Shown one piece after another: positions 9,488 through 18,297 of a stretch of 54,851 bases of DNA. Origin of the DNA: Rhizomicrobium sp. (GTDB lineage Bacteria; Pseudomonadota; Alphaproteobacteria; Micropepsales; Micropepsaceae); the NCBI GenBank assembly GCA_036502865.1, contig DASXXW010000097.1, forward strand, positions 1 to 54,851, in the 5' to 3' direction. The translations under genes were made by a program, and so were the position numbers. The notes beneath the pieces were generated by a model, which was not told where the DNA came from, searched no databases, and saw nothing but the letters and a program-made list of their open reading frames with translations. Each line of letters begins with the position of its first letter. Within the stretch, counting starts at the first letter, position 1.

Positions 9488-9961
9488 GCTCGACTCGAAC
9501 TCGTGGCGGCGATCAATGGAGCAAAGCCCATGCGGGCCCGCGCTCCGGCGAGGACCGTCCCGGTTCCTATTCCCCCTGGGGATGAGGACCGCAAGGATCA
9601 CTTCATCACAAGAAATGGGCTGACCTATGCGGGCAGTCACCTGATCATCGATCTATGGGATGCCGAGTATCTCGACGACCATGATCGGATCGAACAGGCG
9701 CTGGTCGATGCGGTGGAGGCGGCAGGTGCTACGCTCCTGCACATCCATCTTCACAGGTTCACGGAAGGCGGCGGTATCAGTGGAGTTGCCGTTCTCTCCG
9801 AGAGCCATATCAGTGTTCATACATGGCCGGAACGCGGTTATGCCGCGTTTGACGTGTTCATGTGCGGTGATGCGGAGCCGCGCAAGGCGCTTCCGGTGTT
9901 CAAGGAAGCGTTTCAACCCGGCCGCATCGTGATCGGCGAACATAAGCGCGGCGTTCTTTAA
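9485..9961 (+). CDS. speD: S-adenosylmethionine decarboxylase proenzyme
   Basis: GSHLIIDLW, VLSESHISVHTWPE (pyruvoyl self-cleavage ESH), DVFMCG. Confidence 0.95.
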   Translation: MARLELVAAINGAKPMRARAPARTVPVPIPPGDEDRKDHFITRNGLTYAGSHLIIDLWDAEYLDDHDRIEQALVDAVEAAGATLLHIHLHRFTEGGGISGVAVLSESHISVHTWPERGYAAFDVFMCGDAEPRKALPVFKEAFQPGRIVIGEHKRGVL

Positions 9962-10094
9962 CCGCGTCTTTCACCTCGCACGTTAACCAGGGGCGGGAAT
10001 GGTCTAACAGCCATTCCCGCTTCGTTTTTGCGCGCTTGCCCTTCTTGGCCATAGCTGCTCCCATCCGGCCCGAGGGACGCGAACCGGATACAGC

Positions 10095-11495
10095 ATGAAT
10101 AAACCAGCCTCAGAGCCATCATTTCCACGGCCGGCCTTTGTCGCCGATGCGGAAGCCGAGTTCGACGCGTTCTTCGAAGCCGAAACCGATCTCGAATTTT
10201 TCGATGCGGTCATTCCCGATCTTTGCGGTGTGCCGCGCGGCAAGCGTTTTCCGATCGCCGAGGCGCGGCGCCTGTTCGCCCATGGCATGCCGATCCCGTT
10301 TTCCATCTATCTGATGGATGCACAGGGCGACATGACGGATGCGTTCGGCCGCGGTTTCAGCGATGGAGATCCCGACGGCACGGCGTGGCCGCTGCCGGGC
10401 ACGCTGACGCGGGTTTGGACGAAAGGGCCGCCGCGAGCGCAGATGCTGATGAGTTTGCGGGACGCCAAAGGCACGCCCGATCCTGCGGAGCCGCGCGCGG
10501 CACTCGAGCGCGTGTTGGAGCGCTTTGGCGATATCGGGCTTCAGCCCGTGGCCGCGCTTGAGCTGGAATTTTATCTGATCGATCCCGAGCGCGGCGAACT
10601 GCGGGCGCCGCAACCGCCGCTCGATCCGCGAAGCGGCGCGCGCGAAAGCGCGGTCTCAGTATTTGGTCTCGACGATCTCGACCGTTACGAAGGCTTCCTC
10701 TCGATGCTCTCCGAAGCAGCGCGGCGCCAGCGCGTTCCTTTAAGTGCGGCGAGCAAGGAATATGCGGCCGGGCAGTTCGAAGCCAATCTGCGGCATCAGC
10801 AGGATCTCAGGCTGGCTGCGGATCACGCGATCTTTCTGAAGCAGATCGTGAAAGAAGCGGCGCGCGCCAGCGGGTTCGAAGCTACGTTCATGGCCAAACC
10901 CTATCTCGACCGCGCGGGCTGCGGCTTGCATATCCATCTGAGCCTGCTCGATCGCGACGGAAGAAACATCTTCGCGGGCGCGGATGAAACAGGTTCCGAA
11001 CAATTACGCCATGCCATTGGCGGCTTGCAGGCGCTGATGCCGGAATCCATGGCATTGTTTGCTCCCAGCCAGAACTCCTACCGCCGCTTCCAGCCGGACA
11101 TGTTCGCGCCGGTGAATCGCAGCTGGGGGATCAACAATCGCTCCGCCGGAATGCGCATTCCATCGGGTCCCGATGATTCGCGCCGTGTCGAGCATCGCGT
11201 CGCGGGTGCTGACGCCAATCCGTATCTCGCGCTTGCCGCCGTGCTGGCGGGTGTGCACCACGGTCTGCTGAAGAAACTCGATCCCGGCGCGCCCGCTAAA
11301 GGGAATGTCTCAAAGAAGCCGGACCGCGATATGCCATTCAGCGCCGATGCGGCACTTGCAAAGCTCGAAAAGGCGGAAGTTCTGCCGGCCTATTTCAGCG
11401 AAGAAACATTGGCGCTCTATCGCGAAACCAAACGCATCGAGACAGAGCGCCTGCGCCGCATCATCCCGTCCGCGGAATATGACTGGTATCTGTAA
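10095..11495 (+). CDS. Glutamine synthetase family protein (gamma-glutamylpolyamine synthetase, PuuA-like)
   Basis: DLCGVPRGKR, ELEFYL, EYAAGQFE, TFMAKP, GLHIHLS, RVEHRVAGADANPY, EYDWYL C-terminus. Confidence 0.88.
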   Translation: MNKPASEPSFPRPAFVADAEAEFDAFFEAETDLEFFDAVIPDLCGVPRGKRFPIAEARRLFAHGMPIPFSIYLMDAQGDMTDAFGRGFSDGDPDGTAWPLPGTLTRVWTKGPPRAQMLMSLRDAKGTPDPAEPRAALERVLERFGDIGLQPVAALELEFYLIDPERGELRAPQPPLDPRSGARESAVSVFGLDDLDRYEGFLSMLSEAARRQRVPLSAASKEYAAGQFEANLRHQQDLRLAADHAIFLKQIVKEAARASGFEATFMAKPYLDRAGCGLHIHLSLLDRDGRNIFAGADETGSEQLRHAIGGLQALMPESMALFAPSQNSYRRFQPDMFAPVNRSWGINNRSAGMRIPSGPDDSRRVEHRVAGADANPYLALAAVLAGVHHGLLKKLDPGAPAKGNVSKKPDRDMPFSADAALAKLEKAEVLPAYFSEETLALYRETKRIETERLRRIIPSAEYDWYL

Positions 11496-12855
11496 CCGCC
11501 TGGCGCGGCTTTCGGAGCGCGCTGCCGCAGCGGGTTTTCTTCTTCTCGCACTGTTCGCGGGAATGCCGGCTTCGGCCGGAGCTCCCGCGAAGCTCACTCT
11601 CTATCGCGGCGCCCAACTGATCGACGGAACCGGCGCGCCTGCGAAGCCCGATATGGACATCGTGATCGATGGCGATCGCATTAGGGCCGTCGTTCCGGAT
11701 TCCGCCACGAGTTCTTATGCACGCAATGCGAAGATCGTCGATGTTCACGGGCTTTATGCGTTGCCGGGCCTGATCGACAGCCATGTGCATATCGCCACGT
11801 CTCCCAACAGGAAATATGCGCAAGCGTTGTTGCGGCGCGATGTGTATGGCGGCGTAACGGCCGTGCGCGATATGGCGGGCGATGCGCGCCTTCTGGCCGA
11901 TCTTTCACGCGGTGCGCTTCTGGCCGAATTTGCGTCGCCCGACATCTATTACGCCGCGCTCATGGCCGGCCCTGATTTCTTCAAGGATCCGCGCACGGTG
12001 GATGCTGCGCGCGGCGGCGTGCCGGGACAAGTACCATGGATGCGCGCCATCACTCCCTCGACGGATTTGAAAATCGCTGTTGCCGAGGCACACGGCACCG
12101 GCGCAACGGCAATCAAGATCTATGCGGACCTTCCCGCCACTCTCGTGCGCGACATCACAGCCGAAGCGCATCGCCAGAACATGCTCGTCTGGGCTCACGC
12201 CGCGATATTTCCTGCGAGCCCGCAAGAGGTGATCGACGCGGGTGTCGATGTCGCTTCGCATTCCTGTCTGCTGGCCTATCAGGCCTCGGAACATATGCCG
12301 CCCGCTTATCATCACCGGCCGTCTGTCGAGGCGGCCAAATTTGCCGGCGATAATCCTGCACTCGATGCTCTGCTGGCGGACATGAAACGGCGCGGCACGA
12401 TTCTCGATGCCACGCTCTATGTTTATGACGTCATGTGGAAAGTGCCAAACGCGCAGCCGCCACCCTATTGCAAACTTGAATTGGCGGAAAAGATCGCAGC
12501 CGAAGCCCATCGCGCCGGCGTGATGATTTCGGCGGGTACCGATGCACCCGGCGATTGGAAGGATGCCTATCCGTCGCTCGACAGGGAATTGTCACTCCTG
12601 GTTCATCATGCCGGGTTCTCCCCGATGGAGGCTATTACAGCGGCCACGCATGTCGGCGCCATGACAGTCGGGAAGGCGAAGGAAATGGGCACGGTCGAGG
12701 CCGGCAAACTCGCGGATGTCATATTTCTTGCCAAGAATCCGCTTGCCGATATCGACAATATGAAAACGGTGGTGATGACAGTGAAACGGGGCGTGGTGTA
12801 CCGGCGTTCCGAGTATCGACCGATCACCAAAGATGAAGCCGAAGGCGATTTCTGA
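11479..12855 (+). CDS. Exported metal-dependent amidohydrolase family protein
   Basis: PGLIDSHVH, GVTAVRDM, AGTD, GTVEAGKLAD; signal-like N-terminus; start moved from 11305 to the ATG at 11479 overlapping the upstream gene end. Confidence 0.85.
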   Translation: MTGICNRLARLSERAAAAGFLLLALFAGMPASAGAPAKLTLYRGAQLIDGTGAPAKPDMDIVIDGDRIRAVVPDSATSSYARNAKIVDVHGLYALPGLIDSHVHIATSPNRKYAQALLRRDVYGGVTAVRDMAGDARLLADLSRGALLAEFASPDIYYAALMAGPDFFKDPRTVDAARGGVPGQVPWMRAITPSTDLKIAVAEAHGTGATAIKIYADLPATLVRDITAEAHRQNMLVWAHAAIFPASPQEVIDAGVDVASHSCLLAYQASEHMPPAYHHRPSVEAAKFAGDNPALDALLADMKRRGTILDATLYVYDVMWKVPNAQPPPYCKLELAEKIAAEAHRAGVMISAGTDAPGDWKDAYPSLDRELSLLVHHAGFSPMEAITAATHVGAMTVGKAKEMGTVEAGKLADVIFLAKNPLADIDNMKTVVMTVKRGVVYRRSEYRPITKDEAEGDF

Positions 12856-12879
12856 TCGCTTGTAGTGAAGGAGAATGAG

Positions 12880-13560
12880 ATGGCGTTGCGCGGAACCATG
12901 CAACAGATGCGGATGAGCGACGGCGCCGAAATCGGCGTCTATCATGCCGATCCGGTTGGACCGCGGCGCGGCGGAGTCGTTCTCATCCAGGAAATCTTCG
13001 GCGTCACGGATCACATCAAAGAGCAATGCGATATCTATGCGTCGCAGGGCTACGAAGTGCTCGGCCCATCGCTCTACGATCGCGAGGCGCCCGGCTTCCA
13101 GGTCGGTTACGGGCCGGAAGACATGCAGAAAGCAGTTCGCATTGCGCGCGTCGAGCATCCCTTCGACTTGTCCATCAAGGATTCGCAGGCCTGCATCGAT
13201 GCGCTCAAAGACAAGGGCCCTGTGTTTATCGTCGGCTATTGTTACGGAGGGTCGGTCGCCTGGGCTGCGGCCTGCCGCTGCGACAGTCTCGCCGCCGCCT
13301 CCGGCTATTATGGCGGCAAGATCGGCGAGATGACGGAAGAAACACCGCGTTGTCCGACGATCCTGCATTTCGGTCGGCACGACTCGCACATCCCGCTCGA
13401 AATCGGCGAGACGGTGAAGCGTCTCCATCCCGATGTAATGGTCTATCTCTATGATGCGGGGCACGGCTTCAATTCCGACCGCCGCTCCGATTATAACGAG
13501 ACCGCAGCCGCGCTTGCGCGCGAACGGACGCTCGAGCTGTTTCGCGCCAATGGCGGCTAG
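12880..13560 (+). CDS. Dienelactone hydrolase family protein
   Basis: QEIFGV, GYCYGG nucleophile motif, AGHGF; RBS AAGGAG upstream of the ATG at 12880. Confidence 0.92.
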   Translation: MALRGTMQQMRMSDGAEIGVYHADPVGPRRGGVVLIQEIFGVTDHIKEQCDIYASQGYEVLGPSLYDREAPGFQVGYGPEDMQKAVRIARVEHPFDLSIKDSQACIDALKDKGPVFIVGYCYGGSVAWAAACRCDSLAAASGYYGGKIGEMTEETPRCPTILHFGRHDSHIPLEIGETVKRLHPDVMVYLYDAGHGFNSDRRSDYNETAAALARERTLELFRANGG

Positions 13561-13584
13561 GCGCTCACGGGTCGGGAGCAAACA

Positions 13585-14802
13585 GTGACGAAGCCCGAAC
13601 AACTTGGCTTTTCGTCCGATCGGCTCGCGCGGATCGACCGGTTTCTGCAAACGCAGTACATCGAAGCGGGCAAGTTTGCAGGCACGGTGCTGGCGATCTC
13701 ACGCGGCGGCGAAATCGTGCATCAGAGCGTGCTCGGGCTTGCGGATCGCGAGCGCGATACGCCCATGCGCGAGGACACGATCTTCCGCCTGTATTCCATG
13801 ACCAAGCCGCTCACCAGCGTCGCCTTCATGATGCTGGTCGAAGAAGGTCTCGTTCTGCTCAACGAGCCCGTTCATCATTATATCCCGTCCTGGCGCGATC
13901 TCGGTGTGTTCGTGAGTGGCGTTGACGGAGCCTTCCAGACCAAACGTCCGGCTTCGGCCATGCGGATTATCGATCTGCTGCGGCACACATCGGGTCTCAC
14001 CTATGGCTTCCAGATGCGCAGCAATGTCGATGCGGCGTATCGCAAACTCGACATTGGCGGTTCGGAAAGCAAGCTGTCGACGGCGCGCATGGTCGAATTG
14101 CTCGCGACTGTACCGCTCGAATATCCGCCGGGTGAGGCTTGGTGTTACTCCATATCCACCGACGTGCTTGGTTATCTGGTCGAGATAATTTCGGGCATGC
14201 CATTCGAGGACTTCCTGCGGACGCGCCTTCTTTCCCCTCTTGAAATGCCCGACACAGATTTTTTCGTTGCTGCGGAAAACCGGTCGCGACTTGCAGCCTG
14301 TTATATGATGGACACCTCGGGAAAACCTGTTTTGTACGATGATCCGGCAACCAGTCGTTTTCACGCGCCGCATCCTTTCGTCTCCGGCGGCGGCGGACTT
14401 GCAGGCACGGCGGCCGATTATATGAAGTTCTGCCACATGTTGCTTGCCGGCGGCGTAGCAAACGGGCACTGTTTTCTTAGTCCGAAGACGATCCAGTTCA
14501 TGACGATGAACCACCTGCCGGGTGGAAAAGAACTGACTGAACTGTCACGGTCGATGTATAGCGAAGCGATCTATTCCGGGCTCGGCTACGGCCTTGGCTT
14601 TGCTGTCGTTGTCGACCGGGCAAGAACCATGACGCCAGGCAATGTGGGTGAGTATTTCTGGGGCGGCTCGGCCAGTACGGCATTCTGGATCGACCCGAAG
14701 GAGGAACTCGCCGTTGTATTCCTGGCGCAGTTGATCCCTTCGAGCTTCTGGCCGATTCGCCAGCAACTGCGTGCGCTGGTTTATGCCGCGATGGAGTCGT
14801 GA
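13585..14802 (+). CDS. Serine hydrolase, beta-lactamase class C-like family
   Basis: YSMTK (SxxK), LLRHTSGL, SGGGGL, WGG. Confidence 0.92.
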   Translation: MTKPEQLGFSSDRLARIDRFLQTQYIEAGKFAGTVLAISRGGEIVHQSVLGLADRERDTPMREDTIFRLYSMTKPLTSVAFMMLVEEGLVLLNEPVHHYIPSWRDLGVFVSGVDGAFQTKRPASAMRIIDLLRHTSGLTYGFQMRSNVDAAYRKLDIGGSESKLSTARMVELLATVPLEYPPGEAWCYSISTDVLGYLVEIISGMPFEDFLRTRLLSPLEMPDTDFFVAAENRSRLAACYMMDTSGKPVLYDDPATSRFHAPHPFVSGGGGLAGTAADYMKFCHMLLAGGVANGHCFLSPKTIQFMTMNHLPGGKELTELSRSMYSEAIYSGLGYGLGFAVVVDRARTMTPGNVGEYFWGGSASTAFWIDPKEELAVVFLAQLIPSSFWPIRQQLRALVYAAMES

Positions 14803-14919
14803 TTACGTCGGCTGTGTCGGGCACCGGGCGGGTCCGGTTACGCCGGATTAATCGCCCGGACGCATTGCGGTCATGAGCCTGTGGCAGTATTCGGGAGTTG
14901 GCCGAGCAAACGGTCGATC

Positions 14920-16416
14920 ATGCGAGCTATGGCGATGGACAGACTAACGGCGCTTCATCTTTCAAACCGGTTGGGATTTGGCCCTGCACAAGGCGATCTG
15001 GCGCGGATCGCAGATGCCGGTCTCGATAATTATATCCAATCGCAGCTGCACCCCAAGCCCGCCAATCTTCCGTCGAATGTCACTTCGGTGATTCAGGCGC
15101 TCCCATCCTTCGGCAAGGACAGCGGCACGCTCTTCGCCGAATATTGGTGGAAGGCGAGCGTTCCAAATCCAAAAGCGCTGGCGGAGGATGAAAAGAGACG
15201 ATTGAACCGCCACGAGAAACAGGTCGTGCGCGAGGCGCAGATCGCGCGGCTCGCGCGCGCTGTCGGCAGCCCCTGGCAGCTGCACGAAGCGCTGGTGGAG
15301 TTCTGGTACAATCATTTCAATGTCTATGAGAAGAAAGGGGCGGCCAAAGTCTGGGTCGGCGCTTATGAGGAGGAAGCAATCCGTCCCAATACGCTCGGCA
15401 AGTTCAGCGATTTGTTGCTCGCGACTGCCAAACATCCTGCCATGCTCGTCTATCTCGACAATGCGCAGAACGTCGCGCCGATGGCGGCAAGCGCAGACAT
15501 GGACATGATGGACACAAATGCGAATACGAACGCGAAGAAAAAAAACAACGGAACGGGCATCAACGAAAATTTCGCCCGCGAAGTGATGGAGCTTCATACG
15601 CTGGGCGTGGATGGCGGCTATTCCCAGGCCGATGTCGTCGCGCTTGCCCATATTCTGACGGGCTGGTCGGTCGGACCGGGCGGTGCTGCCGACGCAGCAG
15701 CCGCCGCGAAGCTCTACCGGCGCGACAAAGGCGCATTCCGTTTCGCGCGCAGGAAGCATGATCCGTCGCAGGAAACACTGCTCGGCCGGAGCTTCAGCGG
15801 CGACGATGTGAGCGAAGGCGAGCAGGCGCTTCTCATGCTTGCCGCGCATCCATCGACCGCGCATCACATCAGTTATCAGCTCGCGCAATTCTTCGTCGCA
15901 GACAAACCGGATGCGCCGCTTGTCGATGCGATGGCCAAGACGTTCCGTGCAACCAATGGCGATATCCGCGCCGTGATGAACACCATGCTGACGCACCCGG
16001 CCTTTCTTGCGCCCGCCAATGTCGGAACGAAATACAAAACGCCGTATCATTATGTAGTCTCCGCGGCGCGTGCCGCGGGCATCGAACCCGACAATGTCGA
16101 GCCGCTGAGCCGCGCGATGGACGATCTGGGCCAGCCGCTTTACGGATGCGTTTCCCCCGACGGCTATGCCTGTACGCAAGCGATCTGGCTCGATCCGAAC
16201 GGTCTGCTGCACCGGATTTCGTTCGCGACCGACTTCGGCAACGGCACGTATCGCGGCCTTGGCCGCAGCGGCGAACTGAATATGCCGGATCCCGATCGCA
16301 TTCTGGAAACGATCGGCCCGGCGCTGAGCAAAGAAACAATGGCTGCGGTGGCGGAGATGCCCAAAGCGAGCCGCGCCGGCGCCATTCTCGGTAGCCCCGA
16401 TTTCATGCGTTGTTGA
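14920..16416 (+). CDS. DUF1800 family protein
   Basis: NRLGFG, FWYNHFNV, HPAMLVYLDN, NENFAREVMELHTLGV, KYKTP; start uncertain (14881-14935). Confidence 0.9.
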   Translation: MRAMAMDRLTALHLSNRLGFGPAQGDLARIADAGLDNYIQSQLHPKPANLPSNVTSVIQALPSFGKDSGTLFAEYWWKASVPNPKALAEDEKRRLNRHEKQVVREAQIARLARAVGSPWQLHEALVEFWYNHFNVYEKKGAAKVWVGAYEEEAIRPNTLGKFSDLLLATAKHPAMLVYLDNAQNVAPMAASADMDMMDTNANTNAKKKNNGTGINENFAREVMELHTLGVDGGYSQADVVALAHILTGWSVGPGGAADAAAAAKLYRRDKGAFRFARRKHDPSQETLLGRSFSGDDVSEGEQALLMLAAHPSTAHHISYQLAQFFVADKPDAPLVDAMAKTFRATNGDIRAVMNTMLTHPAFLAPANVGTKYKTPYHYVVSAARAAGIEPDNVEPLSRAMDDLGQPLYGCVSPDGYACTQAIWLDPNGLLHRISFATDFGNGTYRGLGRSGELNMPDPDRILETIGPALSKETMAAVAEMPKASRAGAILGSPDFMRC

Positions 16417-16437
16417 AGCCCTGAAAGGAGCTTTCCC

Positions 16438-17679
16438 ATGCATCGCCGCGATTTTTTGAGATTGTCTGCCGCAGCCGGCGGCCTGTCATTTGTTTCTTTC
16501 GGAAAAAGCGCCTGGGCCGTGCAAAACGCGGCAGCCGGTCAGGACCGGCTCGTCGTTGTGTTTCTGCGTGGCGCAGTGGACGGACTGAATGTTGTCGTGC
16601 CCTATTCCGAGCAGGAATATTACGAACTGCGTCCGACCATCGCCATCAAACGGCCCGGCCAGACCGGCGGCGCGCTCGATCTCGACGGACGCTTCGGCCT
16701 TCACCCCGCACTTTCGTCCCTCATGCCGTTGTGGAAAGAGCGCAGCCTCGCCTTCGTCCATGCATCCGGTTCGCCGGATGAATCGCGGTCTCACTTCGAT
16801 GCGCAGGCCTATATGGAGACGGGGACGCCCGGAATGCGCACCACGCAGGACGGTTGGATGAATCGCGTGCTCGCTGCGCTTCCCGGCGACCATGCGCCGA
16901 CCGAGGCCGTCAATTTCGGCAAGACGACGCCCAGGATTCTCGAAGGTGCGATGCCTACCGCCAGTATTTCCGGCCATGGCGATTATGGCCCGCGCAAGGA
17001 CATGACGGCGCCTGAGCTCGATGCAAATTCCAAAGCCATTTTCGACCGCCTCTACAGAGGTAATGACGCCATCAATGTCGCCTATCGCGAAGGCCGCGCG
17101 GCGCAGACGCAACTCATGTCGGACCTTTCGCGTGATATGATGGAAGCGGCGAACGGCGCTCCCTCGGCCAAGGGATTTCCCGAGGATGCGGCCAAGCTCT
17201 GTCAGCTCATGCGGCAGGATCCCACGATCCAGCTGGCGTTCTTCGGTTTGAGCGGTTGGGACACGCATGTGCGCGAAGGCGCGGATGAAGGCGCGCTCGC
17301 CTATCATCTGAAGCCGCTGGGCGAAGGTCTTGCGCAGATTCGCTCCGGCCTGGGCGATGCTTATGGCCGCACCGTCGTGCTTGTGATTTCGGAATTCGGG
17401 CGCACGGCCAAAGAGAACGGCAATGGCGGCACCGATCACGGCCATGGCAATGCCATGTGGGTGATGGGCGGGCAGGTCAGCGGCGGGAAAGTATATGGCA
17501 CATGGCCGGGTCTCGATGAGGAGAATTTGCACGAGCAACGCGACCTTGCTGTCACCACCGATTTTCGGACGGTGATTTCCGGCGTGTTGTCCCGTCACCT
17601 GAAGCTCGGCGGAACCCAGCTCGCTACGATTTTCCCGGGTGCGCCGCGGGCCGCTCATGTGGATGTCCTGCGCGCGTAG
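16438..17679 (+). CDS. DUF1501 family protein with Tat signal
   Basis: MHRRDFL twin-arginine; FLRGAVDGL, RSHFDAQ, GWDTH, SEFGRT, GTDHG. Confidence 0.92.
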   Translation: MHRRDFLRLSAAAGGLSFVSFGKSAWAVQNAAAGQDRLVVVFLRGAVDGLNVVVPYSEQEYYELRPTIAIKRPGQTGGALDLDGRFGLHPALSSLMPLWKERSLAFVHASGSPDESRSHFDAQAYMETGTPGMRTTQDGWMNRVLAALPGDHAPTEAVNFGKTTPRILEGAMPTASISGHGDYGPRKDMTAPELDANSKAIFDRLYRGNDAINVAYREGRAAQTQLMSDLSRDMMEAANGAPSAKGFPEDAAKLCQLMRQDPTIQLAFFGLSGWDTHVREGADEGALAYHLKPLGEGLAQIRSGLGDAYGRTVVLVISEFGRTAKENGNGGTDHGHGNAMWVMGGQVSGGKVYGTWPGLDEENLHEQRDLAVTTDFRTVISGVLSRHLKLGGTQLATIFPGAPRAAHVDVLRA

Positions 17680-17702
17680 TTTCATCAATCGCCTTGTCGA
17701 AC

Positions 17703-17739
17703 CACCCTCTTTGGGCTACATTGTAGCTCAAAGAGGGTG
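17703..17739. promoter_or_regulatory. Inverted-repeat operator/promoter of dinJ-yafQ
   Basis: CACCCTCTTTGGGCTACA-T-TGTAGCTCAAAGAGGGTG, 18-bp arms with one mismatch; covers -10 TACATT (17717-17722), 17 nt after TTGTCG (17694-17699). Confidence 0.75.
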
Positions 17740-17743
17740 AGCT

Positions 17744-18010
17744 ATGCCTGCTAACACCGTCGTCCGTGCCCGTATAGACGAGCGCACCAAGAACGAAGCT
17801 GCGGCCGTTCTCGATGCGATCGGACTCACTGTTTCCGACGCGTTTCGCCTGATGATGGTGAGAATCGCGAAGGAAAAAGCGCTGCCTTTCGAACCGTTGG
17901 TGCCCAATGACAAAACGGTTGCGGCTATCAAGGAGGCGCGTGGAACTAAGCTGCCTCGATTCGCAACCGTCGAAGCTTTGTTCGACGATCTGAACGATGC
18001 GGGAGATTGA
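17744..18010 (+). CDS. dinJ: RelB/DinJ family antitoxin
   Basis: VVRARIDERTK...GLTVSDAFR...LPFEPLVPNDKT. Confidence 0.92.
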   Translation: MPANTVVRARIDERTKNEAAAVLDAIGLTVSDAFRLMMVRIAKEKALPFEPLVPNDKTVAAIKEARGTKLPRFATVEALFDDLNDAGD

Positions 18011-18277
18011 GAGAACCACGCAGTTCAAGCGTGATTACAAGCGCGAAGCCAAAGGGCGCCACGGCCCTGCACTTCAAGATAATCTGGCTATAGTGCTTCG
18101 ATTACTGGTTGGCGACAAAATCTTACCAGCAAAATATCGTGACCATTCGCTCGGTGGAGCATGGCAGGTTGCCGCGATTGTCACATAAAACCTGACCTCG
18201 TTTTGATATATGAGAAAACAGATACTCATATATTGCGTCTGATCCGTCTTGGCTCTCACAGTGAATTGGGCTTTTAA
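17997..18277 (+). pseudogene. yafQ: YafQ family mRNA interferase toxin, frameshifted
   Basis: MREIERTTQFKRDYKR...RDHSLGGAWQ stops at 18188, but restoring one base near 18167 gives RDCHIKPDLVLIY...LIRLGSHSELGF to TAA at 18277. Confidence 0.88.
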
Positions 18278-18297
18278 ATTCCGCATACGACCGAAAC

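Noticed and set aside
13585-14802. Antibiotic-resistance beta-lactamase
   Set aside because: No signal peptide; looks like the broad cytoplasmic esterase-type serine hydrolase group
15538-15545. A8 tract in DUF1800 as a phase-variation site
   Set aside because: Short, in frame, and explained by consecutive Lys codons
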